Assembly (NCBI GenBank): GCA_013265495.1
Contig: MU057584.1
Span: 722,608-786,607, forward strand
DNA: 64,000 nucleotides
Direction of reading: 5' to 3'
From: Vicugna vicugna
Lineage: Eukaryota
The number at the start of each line of letters is the position of its first letter. Within the stretch, counting starts at the first letter, position 1. This document shows, piece after piece, positions 13,201 through 23,776 of the stretch. A program made the translations under genes and the position numbers. Below the pieces are notes generated by a model. That model was given only the letters and a program-made list of their open reading frames with translations, was not told the origin of the DNA and searched no databases.

Positions 13201-16200
13201 CATAAGACTGAAGTGATCAGATGGGTGTACATTTTGATGTATTTTGGCCAGAACTCAAAGTCCACAAAGGGAAGAGGGAGATGGAAATAGGGAAGAGGGG
13301 AGAGGAGAGGCCCCAAGCTCAGTGTGACCCCTCCCTCTGTGCAGAGCACCCCCCTCAGTCATCAATGCCATGTCCCAGGTACCTTAACATCTGTGACACA
13401 TTCATCCTCCAAGCCACGAAGGGTGCCAGGGGACAGAAGGGACCCCAGTTCCCCGTTCTCCAAGGCGACCATGTCCACCAGACCTAGCACCTCTCTGGGG
13501 CGGGGTAAGAGACAGGGAGGTCTGTGAGAGGTGGGATTGGGCAGCTGGACCCCTCCCCACCTCCATCCCTTCACACCCTGTGTGTATGTGACCTGGGCCA
13601 CTCCCTTCCTCTCTTGAGGCCAGCTTTGCTCATCCCTCAAAGGAAGTCTCTGGAATTGTTGCTCCCCTGGCTCCAGCTCTCTGAGTCAGCTCCCTGATGG
13701 ATGGTGTCCGGGCAGGACTTGCAGGGGTCAAGTCCAGGCTTGATGATCTGACACGCAAGGTCTCACCCACTAGAGCTTCAGCAGACGGAAGCTTTCTTCC
13801 ACCTCCGCTCCTAGTCCCGACCAGTGCAGCCCTCACTCCCACTTCTGTGTTTTTGCCTTCCCCAGCCTGTGCCTGCCCACCCCTCCCCACCACCCACACA
13901 CACACCAGGCTTTTGCCAATGGCTTCTTCTTGGCCAGAAGCCCTGCAAATCAGACTTCACTCAGGTCTTACCATTCCACACTCCCCTATCCCCCCTCCAT
14001 CCCTCACGGATGGGGTGTGAATGTCATCAACACGTACTCCCAAGTGGGATTCCCAAAACGTCCCATTCTTCTGGTGACAGCATCCTGATTTTGTTTGAGG
14101 AACCACCCACTGCCTTCACCTTCCAATGTGCAGTTTGGGTGTGGCTAACTCACTTTTCCCTGGAATTGGTATCGACCCAGTCATAGCTAATCACCATATT
14201 CCGTCCCCCAGCCACAATGATGGATGTGTTTTCAAATTCAAAGGCTCAATGGTTATGAGTCTAGGACTGGGACATTCAATGGTATTCAGGTTCTACGTGT
14301 ATAGACTTCTAGGGGCCAAAAGTGCTACCGTCCTAAAACTGTAAGAGTCAAGGGTCTGGGATCCCAACAGGGGATGAAGCTAAGGTTTAGGTTTCGAAGG
14401 CTCATTGGTGCTAAATTCTAAGATTGAAAGTGTCATGAAGTCTAAAGTTCTAAGACTGGAAGAGTCACCAGGGCTAATGCCCTAGGGTCCAAGGCGGGAG
14501 CAGTGTAAGGGTTCTAGAATCCTAAGGGTCAACAGCGTCAAGACAAATAAGGGTCATTGGTGCTAAGTTTCTAGGACTGAAAGGGTGGGCAGTGCTAAGA
14601 TTCCAAGAGCGTAAGTGTTGACTATTCTAAGGTTCTTGGATTGGAAGGATCAACAATGCTAAGATTCTAGGACCAGTAGGATGGCCGGTGCTAACGTTCT
14701 AGGACCAGAAGGATCCAATACTAATATTCTAGGACCAGAAGGGTGGCCAGTGCTAAGGTTCTAGGACCAGAAGGATCCATGTTGCTGAGGATCTGGCGCT
14801 GGGAGCGCGGAGAGCGCTAGGAGTCTCGGATTGTGAATGTCACCAGTGCTAAGCCTGAAAGGGTCAACGATGTTAAGGTTCTAGGATTGAAGGTACAGGG
14901 GCCTTAGGATCTGAAGAGGCCAAGGCCGGGGAAGGAGGGGTGGAGGGAGCTATGGGACCTTGGGGCAGTCGGTCCCTAGGCTGGGCGGTCTGCAGCGGCC
15001 CCAGCTCACCTGGGGTACACCTGGTTGTGCCAGTGCAGCAGCGCGTAGCGGTCGGCCAGGGGTAGCCTGCGTCGGGCGGCGGCCCCGATCCACTCGGCCA
15101 GCGCGCCGTGGTAGCCGCGCAGGTAGACGCCGAAGGCGCCCAGGCCTGCGGGGTAGGAGGGCGCCAGGCGGCCCCGCACCACGCCCATATCCTCCAGCAG
15201 CCGCCCCCGCAGCGCCTCCAGCTGCCCCGCCAGGCCCCCGGGCGCCCCGGGCGCCGCCGCCTCCAGCCCCTCCCGCGCCGCGCGCGCCACCGCCTCGGCC
15301 CAGCGGGCGCGCAGCTTGCGGGCCGCCTCGGGTCCGCGGCCCCCGCCGGCCGCCTCCTCCTGCACCAGCACCTGGCCGAGCTGCGCCACGGCGCCCGGCC
15401 CGGAGCCCGCGCCCGGCCCGGGGCCCGCCAGCGTCTCGCGCACCAGCGCCCACAGCTCGCGCTGCAGGGCCTCGTACAGCAGAGCCACGTCCCGCGCCCG
15501 GCGGCCCCCGCTCGCGCCCTCGGCCTTGGGCGGCCCCGGCGCGCCGCCCCCCGACGACGCCAGCTCCTCGGCCTCCAGCTCCAAGATGTGCTCGTCGGCC
15601 CGCGCGAGCTCGCGCTGCTGGATCAAGCTCAGGATCTCCAGCACTGTGGGCACAAAGAGGGAGATCAGGGGCAGGAAAACGACGCGGGGAAGGGGTTGTG
15701 GAGAATGAGAAGGGGTAGGAGGTGAGGATAAGAGGGTTAGGGGAGGGGGAAAGGGGTGGGGCCGAGAGAGGAGTCGGGGCGTTTCAGAAGGGGANNNNNN
15801 NNNNNNNNNNNNNNNNNNNNNNNNNNNNNNNNNNNNNNNNNNTGGGGAGGGGAGGAGAGAGGTAGTTGAGGGGTGGTTGGGGAGAAGGAGGGTGGGCAAA
15901 TCTGCGCTGGAGAAGGACGTCAAGGGAGGAGGGTGAGGAGAACCGAGAGAAAGAAGGGAGGGTCGGGACTTGGGGAGGGAGGATGGGGAGGGGCAGAGGA
16001 GGGAGCAAGGGAGAGAGTCGGGACATGGGGGAGGAGACTGGAGAGGGTTAGGGAAGGGAAGAGGGGGTTTGGTGATGGAAGAGAGAGTCTGGATATGGGA
16101 AGCAGGTCAAAAGACTGGAGGGGTCTGATTAGGGAAAGGATGGTGAGGGGAGTACGAAGGGGGCAAGGGGTTGAAGAAGGAGAGGGTTAGGGCTTCGGAT

Positions 16201-19200
16201 CAGGGGTCAGGGCATGGGAGAGGGTATCAGGGAGTGGGTTAGGATATGAGTAGGAGTCAGAGGAGTTGAGGGGGGATAGGATAAAAAAAGTGCAACAGGG
16301 CCAAAGAAAGGCATCAGAGGAGGTCCAATGGCCAAGGGAGGACAGTCTGAGCCGGGTAAGGAGGGAGAGGGATGGAGAACCAGTGGACTGGTGGGCAGAG
16401 TCGGGGTTTGGAGGTGGGAAGAGGATATGAAGACGAGAGATGGGTCTTTTGTGGGTGGGGACAGCTGTAGGGGTGATCTGGCTCTCTGATGATTCACATT
16501 CTGCCAAGAGAGGAGAGTCATGGGATTGGGAGGCCTCTGAGTGAAGGCAGAGGGAGGGTCCCAGTGGCCCAGGGTTACCCCTCAACACCTCCACCCCCCT
16601 CCACTTCCTCCCTGGCAGAGAAACTATTTCCTGGCCAGTGCTATTTCTGCCCATCCGTTTCCAGAAGGCGGGGGCTCCAGTCACCCCCTTCTCACCTCCC
16701 TGCGGTGCCCTCCCAGTCCCTCGGGAGCAAGGGCTGAAATAGTCTCTAGCCAGGATGTGGAGGGCATCAGAGGACGAAGAAAGGGCTCTCCAGTGCTGGG
16801 GCAGCAAGGGATGTCCATTGGGGGAGGGCTAGGAAGGGGGGTGGGGTGGGGGAAATAGTGGCAGGGTTGGGAGTGGGGCTGAATGAAGGCAGCGGTTGGG
16901 ACAGGGTTGGGGATGTGGATGGAGTTTCAGGGATGGGGCTGGAGATGAGGATGGGGATGAAGGTGGGGGTTGGGGTGAGGGAGTTTAGGATTAGGGTGAG
17001 GTGGGGGGTGAAATCTGAAGAGGGAGGTGGGAAAGGAATTGAGGATGGCATCTGGGGTTTCAGGGTAAGGGTGGAGGTGGAGATGAGTTTAGGTGAATGT
17101 TGAGGATGAAAGAAGGTAGAGATGGATGCAAGTCTGAAGAAATTTGGACATGAGTTGAGGTTAGAAATGTAGACAGAGTTGAAGTTGGAGGTTGAACATG
17201 GAGGGGTTAGGATTGGGACTCGGGGTGGGGTGGAGATGGGATTAAGAGTGAAGGATGAGGTTGAGTTTGGGGTTAAAGTTGAAAATGAGGGCTGGGAGGG
17301 ACTAGGAATGGGATTAGGACTGAAGAAGGAAGTTGGGAAGGGAAACGGGGTTGAAGGTGGATGCTGAGATCCTGGGGTCGGGGTTAGGAGTGAGACTGAA
17401 GGGGGAAAAGGTTGAAGTTACGCACGGGGATGGAATTGAGGATGAAATGAGAGTAGAGGAATGGGCCGTGGCATGGGTCTGGACCAGTTGGCTGTTGTCA
17501 TGGTATTGGGTGTTAAGGGTGAGGTTAAAGATGGCCTTTGGAGAAAGGGATAGTTGGGAATAAGCATGTGGATGTGTCTCAAGGTGGAGATTACTGATGG
17601 GGTTGAAAGAAGTATGGGTGGAAACCAAAAAGGCACTGAGGAATACATTGGGTTTTGGGGTAGTATTGGGGCTGAGGATACAACTCAGGTGGCATTATGA
17701 GTTGAACTGTGTTTGTTGCCCCCAAAGAAAAAACATATGTACAGTCCTAACCCCCAGGACCTCAGAATGGGATCTTATTTGGAAATAGGTTCTTTAAAGA
17801 AGTAATCAAGTTACAATGAGGTCATAGAGTGGGGCCCTGATTTTGTATGACTGGTGCCCTTATAAGAAGGGAAACTTGGACGCTAAAATAGACACACACA
17901 GTGGAGAAGATGATGTGAAAACAGAGAAAAAGCCAAGTGAGGATGGGAGATTGGGGTGACGCGGCTACAAGCCAAGGACACCAAGGATGATCAGCAAAGC
18001 ACCAGAAGCTGGAAGAGGCAAGGAAAGAGTCCGCTACAGATTTCAGAGGGGCCATGGCCCTGCCGACCCCTTGATTGCAGACCTCTTGGACTGCAACAGA
18101 ATAAATGTTTATAGTTTCAAGTCACCCAGTTTGTGGTACTAACAGGAAACTCACACAGTTGGTGGTAGATTTGAGGGGATGTAGTTGAGAGACGAAGGTA
18201 GACATTGGGCATGGAGGTGAGTTTGAAGATGAAGTTTGGATGTAAGTTGAAGGAAGGATAAAGTTGAGGGTGGAGGCAGGGGCTAGGGGGTTAGGATTGG
18301 GATAGAGTTGGGGTTCAGAGTGAGGTGGGAGAGGAGAAGAGATGGGGGATGAAGGAGGAGGCTGAGGTGGGGGTTGGAGTTTGAGGCCATGGCTGGGGCT
18401 AAGGATGCCAATGAGGTGGAGTGTTAGAGGTTAGGGAGGGACAAGGGGCAAGGTCAAGGACAAATGTGGATACTTTGAAAGGAGATGAGGTTGAGGTTGA
18501 ATTTGAGGGTAGCAAGGGAGAGAGGTTGAAATCGGGGATGGAAAGGGGGATTGGAGGAGATGAGACTGAAGTTGGTGATTCAGTGGTGGTTGGACAAGGG
18601 GGTGAGGTTGAAGATGGCAGGTGGAGAGAGGGACAGATTGAGGATGAGGGTGGAGATAGGGCTGAAGCTGGAACTTGGCGAGGGGGATTAGGACTGCAGA
18701 GGGGATGGGGTGGCCGTGTACATGGAGGTGGGCAGATGGAAGTTGCGGGTGTAAATGGAGATGGGGTCACAGGTGGAGACACGGTGATTCTCCCAGGTCT
18801 GGGCCAGGACTCCCAACTCACCTGACAATGGCTCCTTCACCTTTGGGGGCTCCGGGACCTTGGGGGGGGGCTCGGGGGCCGCCTCGCCTGCAGGCACCAC
18901 CCGCTCTGCCAGTGACACCCGCTGGGGTTTGGGCCCACGCCCCAGTCTCAGGAAGGCCAGTCTCCGAGCAGCCTCCCCAGCTGCCTCCTCATCGCCGTGG
19001 GCTCGGATCCCCTGAAGCCTGGCCAGGAGGCCAAAATCTGCCGAGCTCCTGCGTATCCCAGGTGTCAGCACACGGCCCAGGAAAGAGCGAGGCTGCTCGT
19101 CCCCGGGGCTGCCCGCCCGCCGGCCAGGGGTTCTGCCCAGCCGGAAGGGGGCCAGGCCTGCCAGCTTCTCCAGGGTGGCACGGCGGCGACAAGATGCTCC

Positions 19201-19341
19201 GTTGGGCAGGGTACCCAGCTCCTCAGCCTCCTCTTCCAGCCCTGAAACTTCCTCAAAGGGGTTTCGAGAGGACCTCAGGGGCAGTGTCCCCGCTCGGGAC
19301 ACCTTAGAGTCTGCCACCCCTAGACTCTTCAGAATGGGCAT
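3968..19341 (-). CDS. EXOC3L2: Exocyst complex component 3-like 2 (Sec6 family), spliced CDS, 796 aa
   Basis: complement(join(3968..4241,6413..6534,7345..7500,7783..7905,10710..10845,11810..11920,12132..12232,12335..12436,13383..13494,15010..15643,18822..19341)) = 2391 nt, 797 codons. All introns GT-AG with matching phases. Peptides such as [26 protein letters not shown] and [26 protein letters not shown] match EXOC3L2; synteny with MARK4/CKM. Confidence 0.95.
5990..6400. promoter_or_regulatory. Intronic CpG-rich element with clustered ETS/FOX motifs
   Basis: High CpG; TTTCCTG 6116, CTTCCTG 6156, TGTTTGTTT 6171, CAGGAAA 6261 and 6312. Confidence 0.5.
6413..6534 (-). CDS. EXOC3L2: EXOC3L2 coding exon 10 ([17 protein letters not shown]...DYPDI)
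   Basis: ctgcag acceptor, CAG|GTGAGA donor. Confidence 0.95.
7345..7500 (-). CDS. EXOC3L2: EXOC3L2 coding exon 9 ([17 protein letters not shown]...LFRRL)
   Basis: cgccag acceptor, CTG|GTAAGT donor; in ORF 7252..7674. Confidence 0.95.
7783..7905 (-). CDS. EXOC3L2: EXOC3L2 coding exon 8 ([12 protein letters not shown]...DEPYQ)
   Basis: tcccag acceptor, CAG|GTGCGT donor; translated by hand. Confidence 0.95.
10710..10845 (-). CDS. EXOC3L2: EXOC3L2 coding exon 7 ([16 protein letters not shown]...FQELQ)
   Basis: ctaaag acceptor, CAG|GTGAGG donor. Confidence 0.93.
11810..11920 (-). CDS. EXOC3L2: EXOC3L2 coding exon 6 ([12 protein letters not shown]...NCGPLL)
   Basis: caccag acceptor, GAG|GTGAGA donor. 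Confidence 0.95.
12132..12232 (-). CDS. EXOC3L2: EXOC3L2 coding exon 5 ([16 protein letters not shown]...EFLQ)
   Basis: Weak atgaag acceptor, GAG|GTATGG donor; frame continuous. Confidence 0.93.
12335..12436 (-). CDS. EXOC3L2: EXOC3L2 coding exon 4 ([18 protein letters not shown]...DVCE)
   Basis: ctccag acceptor, GAG|GTAGGG donor. Confidence 0.95.
13383..13494 (-). CDS. EXOC3L2: EXOC3L2 coding exon 3 ([14 protein letters not shown]...VTDVK)
   Basis: cccag acceptor, AAG|GTACCT donor; in ORF 13362..13640. Confidence 0.95.
14322..14895. repeat. Degenerate 32-bp minisatellite (consensus ~GTGCTAAGGTTCTAGGACCAGAAGGGTGGCCA)
   Basis: Unit starts at 14560, 14592, 14624, 14656, 14688, 14718 and 14750, with more degraded units on either side. 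Confidence 0.85.
15010..15643 (-). CDS. EXOC3L2: EXOC3L2 coding exon 2 ([18 protein letters not shown]...HWHNQVYP)
   Basis: cacag acceptor, CAG|GTGAGC donor; lies in ORF 15006..15923; extremely GC/CpG rich. Confidence 0.92.
15795..15842. other. Assembly gap (48 N)
   Basis: Run of N inside a G-rich intronic tract. Confidence 1.
17693..18150 (+). mobile_element. MaLR LTR (MLT1-type solo LTR)
   Basis: GTCCTAACCCCCAGGACCTCAGAATG..CTTATTTGGAAATAGG..GACTGGTGCCCTTATAAGAAG..CCAGAAGCTGGAAGAGGCAAGGAA. Confidence 0.8.
18822..19341 (-). CDS. EXOC3L2: EXOC3L2 first coding exon (exon begins 19357; [13 protein letters not shown]...KEPLS)
   Basis: Acceptor cccag at 19358-19362, ATG at 19341-19339 in AAAATGC context, donor CAG|GTGAGT; phase 1 joins the next exon. 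Confidence 0.88.
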
Positions 19342-19919
19342 TTTGACAGGCAGGGACCTGGGAAAAAAACAATGGACCATCGATGGTATTGATGACAAGT
19401 GGTGTTGATGACAGTGCTTCTGTGCGCCTAGCATGGTCTGAGAATTTACCTCTTGAATCTGCAGCAATTTCATGAGGTGAGGACTATCATCATGCCCATT
19501 TTGCAGATGAGAAAATTGAGGCTCAGAAGGCATTTGCCTCCAGTCCCACAGTGATTCAGGGACAAAGTTGGGATTCTCATCAGACCTGTCAGATTCCAGA
19601 TCCCGGGTTCTTTCCCCAGAGCATGGGCATTCAGACCCTTTCCCTACCTTGCTCCTGCCCTGGAGTGTTCAACATCTCAGTGGACCCTCCTACTTCATGA
19701 GGAAATAGGCTCAGAGAGGAGAAGCATCTTTCCGAAAGTGGCACAGCCAGCAAAGGGCAGAGAGTACATAGGGACCCAAGCCCCGTGCCACTGTCTACCC
19801 AGGCATCCAGTTCACACACTTGGGCACCTGCTTCCTGTCCCCTGTTCAGTTAGTACCCCTGTCCCCTCTGCCCCACCCCATCCATTCTTTCAGCCAACAG
19901 TTACTGGGGATATTCTTTG

Positions 19920-20150
19920 TCCAGAATAGGTAAATCCACAGAGACAGAAAGATTCATGGTTGCCAGTGGCTGGGAGAGGGGGACTGGGGACTGACCACTT
20001 AATGGGTCCAGAGTTTCCTTTCAGAGAGATAAAAATGTTCTGGAACTAGATCGTGGCTATGGTCGACAACATTGTGAATGTAGTAGATGCCACTGAATTG
20101 TACACTTTCAAATGGTTAATTTGATAAGTTTTATATTATGTAGATTTTAA
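19920..20150 (+). mobile_element. L1MB-like 3' end
   Basis: CCAGAATAGGTAAATCCACAGAGACAGAAAG...CACTGAATTGTACACTTT; similar copy at ~39200-39430. Confidence 0.75.
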
Positions 20151-20151
20151 T

Positions 20152-20181
20152 ACACACACACACACACACACACACGCACAC
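20152..20181. repeat. (CA)n microsatellite
   Basis: Read directly; one CG interruption. Confidence 0.95.
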
Positions 20182-20654
20182 TTATTAAGTATTTGCCATG
20201 GGCCCAGCCCTGTGTAGGCATTGAGAATACAGCAGTGGCCAAAGCAGACCCAGTCCCTGCCCTCATGGGGCTTGAAGCTTCCAAAGTCTTCCCCCTTCCA
20301 TCTCCTAAATCCCTGTCTCCTCCCTCTTCATGGCCCCTACCCTAGTCCAAGCCCCTCCTGCATCCCTGCTTCAGCCTCCTCCTCGGTCTCCAGCCTCTAG
20401 TCCTCTAGTCCACCCCTGAGGATCTTGTTAAGGCTCAAACCTGCTCCTCACCCTCTCTTAACCTTCTGTGGCTCCCTAGTGCCCTCGGGACAAAATCCAG
20501 CCCTCTCGCTGGCCAGCCATGCACCTCACCAGTGCTGATCCACGTTCTCCTCCTCCTTACTCCAGGCGCCTCTGGGTTTCAGCATGTACTGGTCCTTTTA
20601 CATGCAAATCTGTTTTCCATGTTCCATTCAGGCTTTAGGTACTGCTCCAATGCC

Positions 20655-20830
20655 ATCTCCTCCAGGAAGCCCTCCTGGATGCCCAAGCTGAGTCAGGTGC
20701 CCCCTCTCAGGACTCCTACTCTGGGTCATCGCTGTCCAGGGATGGATCTGTGTCCTCCACTGGACTGTGAGCCTCAAGAGGGCAGGGGCAGGGCTGATCT
20801 GGGTCACCACTTTGTCCCCAGCTCCCAGGG
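20655..20830 (+). mobile_element. L2-derived 3' module, multiple local copies
   Basis: CTCCAGGAAGCCCTCC...CTGGACTGTGAGC...GGTCACC..TGTCCCCAGC; homologs at ~240-450 (+) and ~8005-8225, ~48130-48260, ~56640-56825 (-). Confidence 0.65.
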
Positions 20831-21540
20831 CAGGCCCTCTGGGAATGAATGGGTGCCAAACAGGAAACAAAGGCAAGGGCTCCATTCCTTCTGAGGTAGG
20901 AGGAATGAGAAATCAAACTGGAGAGGTCAGCAAGGAGCAGGCTTGGGCATTCTCCCAAGGACACTGGGGAGCCATGGAAGGGTGCTTTTGAAAATGATGA
21001 AATAGTCCAAACATTCAGAAAAGTATAGAAAACAAACATACTGTTTACATGGTTTCAAACTCTCTATAAACACTGTCCTGCTAGGTGTATCCCCTGTAAC
21101 TTGCTTTTTATTTTTTCTCACCTGATACATGGGAGATTTACCCATGCCTGTCTCTGTGGCATTAACTGATTTAAGTGCTGCATACTATTCCACGGTGTGA
21201 CTGTGACGAAACTGTGTAAAGTGTCAGATGTTCACACGTCCCTCTATGGCTGGACATGTAGGTTGTTTTAAACCAGGATGGGTTCTGAGCAGATGAGGGG
21301 CAGGGTCAAGACTGGGCAGTGGGTGGGGTGCATGGGGGGCCTCAGGTAAGGCTAATGCAGAAGGGGCCCTAAGTTGGCTGAGCCGTGGGCCAGAGCATTT
21401 CCTTTCTTAGTGAGGAGCCCCCTTCTTTCCTCCCTGACTTCAGCCTCTAGACCTTAGCTGTTGTTTTTCAAGCCTCCTGTTCCTGGAAACAACATCCCAG
21501 CCTCTCCAATCTCCTTGGTCCCTGATCCCCCAGGGAGGCA

Positions 21541-21554
21541 GTCACCATGGCAAC
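21541..21554. promoter_or_regulatory. RFX X-box GTCACCATGGCAAC (EXOC3L2 putative intron 1)
   Basis: Matches the X-box consensus GTHNYY-AT-RRNAAC. Confidence 0.55.
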
Positions 21555-22743
21555 CCTTGTCTGGCACCCCCACGGCTGTGGGAAATCGATACCAGCCCCC
21601 TATACACACACACTATTCACACCCTGATTTCTCAGTCTTCATCTTCCAGACTGGTTTCCACATGCCTTATCCCCAAAATGGCTCCATCATCCCCTAGAGC
21701 CAGCTCCATCATTGCCCCCCCCAAAACTCTACCTTTTCACTCAAAACAGGGGGCTCCAATTTCCCTCCAATTGAAGTTAACATCACCCAAACTAGATTTT
21801 TTTCACCAAAACTAAGTCTGACACTCCCCCTCTGGCTCTCACATCCACCCCCAGACTGGATCCAATATGCCCAAACCATTTCCAACATCCCCAGACCTAG
21901 CTGCAACATTTTCCCAAAACTGTCCCCGACGCCTTTCCCCTTCCTGGCTCCAACACCCACCTCTGCAAACTGACTCCAACATCCTGCCCCATCCAGCCCC
22001 CTCGTCTGCCTTCCAGTGCCCAGCCCCTGACTCACTTCCGAGGCATCCCTCAAGCCCCCAGCCTCCCAGCTCTTGCAGGATGTCTTGGCCACCAGAGCTT
22101 CCCTCTTTGGGCTCCTCCTCCTTTTCCTTGCTGCCAGCCTTTCCCCAAAGTTCCAAACCCTGTGCAGACGGGCCAACCTGTTTGCAGAAATCATCACCTC
22201 CAGTCCCCAGTGTCCGGATAAGGGAACTGCCTTTACAAATTGTGTATCCAAGCCAGACCTCTACAACCCCAATCCAGACCTTGCCCCCAAACAATTCTGT
22301 CACCAGCCCAGCCTGTTTCAAGCTGATTCACATCTTCACTCCCAACCTCGTCCCCATCTCTGTCTCCTGCTCCATCTCCATTCCAACCCTCGTCCCCACT
22401 CCCACTTCCAAGACCTCATCTCTCGGGGATGGAGCAAAGCGCTCATCCCTCTCTGGCCTCAGCCTTCCTACCTGAGCTCAGAGAGCATCCGACCCAATGA
22501 CACTTCTCGCTTGTCCCTTGGTGTTGCAGGCTCTCCACGGCACCCTCAAAGCCTGGACCCTCAGAGACCCCAAGGTCTTCCCTGCACCCTCCTCCCGCTC
22601 CTTTCTCCTCTCACTGGCACCCTCCCAAGGTCAGGCCCTAGATTCTCTTTTAGTCCCCAGCCTCTCCTGGCTTCAGGGCACATATTTCTCCCAAATTCTG
22701 GTCCAGCCGCAAATTCAGAGGGCCCTTCCTCCCGCACACTCAC

Positions 22744-22910
22744 CTTCTTGTCAATGTCCCTCTGTCCCTGCTGCTCTCCTGTCCTGAGGCTACTTCAGCC
22801 GGGACTGCTGAGAGCTTGGATCTGAGGAGGGGGGGTAAGAGGAGGTCAATTTCCTGTCAGGAAACCCCTCCCTCTCTGGGGCCAGGGGCGGGAAGGACTT
22901 GTTATCTGTC
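22744..22910 (-). promoter_or_regulatory. EXOC3L2: Probable EXOC3L2 non-coding exon 1 and proximal promoter
   Basis: Strong donor AAG|GTGAGT at 22744/22743. Upstream lie an ETS palindrome TTTCCTG-T-CAGGAAA (22850-22864), a GC box (22885-22892) and a GATA site TTATCT (22902-22907). The TSS is not determinable from sequence. Confidence 0.55.
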
Positions 22911-23776
22911 TGCCCTTTTAGGCCAGGCTGTGGTTGGGCTTAGAAGAAGAACAAGGCTGCTGTCAGATCCCCACCCTCACCACACCCCAGTCCGGAATTG
23001 GCACCCCCTGACTGTTCTTCACACCTCCTGAGGTGACAACACCATCCTGGGTACCTCGCAGAGACACTCCACACTGGATGTGGGCCCAAAGCTCTCTTTT
23101 GGGTTCCCTGCTCATGGATGAATACTCTTTTGGGTCCAGGGGCTGGGATTGGAGGCCTCAGGGGGTGGCGCTGGGCATGGCTTCAGAATTGTGGTCCTCT
23201 CTGCCTGAAAGCCCCTGTCCCCAAGTCTCCAGATGGCCCCCTCCCTCCGTATTACCCAGGATTCAGCTCCAGCGTCCTTTCCTCAAAGGAGACATTCCTC
23301 GACCAGCAAAAGCACTTCTGCTCCCTCCTGTACTCTCTCTCCCCCAGGACGTTGCTGGGATTTCTCAATCCCTTTACAGCACCTTCTATAATCTGAAATG
23401 ATCAGGTTCCTCTGTCTCCCTGATAGATTTTCCGACTGTCCCAATTGAATGTAAATTCAAAGCAGGTTTGGCTTACCTGATTAATCTTTACATCCCTTGA
23501 TGCACACCGGGCACAGAGTAGGTGCTCAGGAAAGATCTGTCAACTGGGTGCACGAATGGGGATGGGTCAAAGGTAAGGACTGGAAGTTGTGGGGATGGAG
23601 CTGGCAGGTCAGATGGGGCTGAGAATGGGTTGGGGGTTGGATGGGGTTCGATGCAGGGTAAGTTACTTTTAAGGCTGGGTTTTAGGCTTAGGTGGCCTTC
23701 CCAGGGCTCAGTCACAGCATCCCAGGTGTTGGACCTGAGAGGGTGATCACTCACCTCAGTAAAATTTGGGTTGGGT

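Noticed and set aside
14322..14895. CRISPR-like appearance of the ~32-bp repeats
   Set aside because: Units are head-to-tail with no unique spacers, there are no cas genes, and the context is a mammalian intron.
14960..15725. Long antisense and alternative-frame ORFs over the GC-rich EXOC3L2 exon
   Set aside because: Expected shadow ORFs of very high GC coding sequence; Pro/Arg/Ala-rich with no recognisable domain.
16800..17560. Interstitial telomeric repeat
   Set aside because: Only scattered TTAGGG-like hexamers in a general G-rich low-complexity tract; no tandem array.
21867..22825. 202-aa and 250-aa + strand ORFs
   Set aside because: Arise from C-rich skewed sequence; Pro/Ser/Leu-rich, with no homology recognised.
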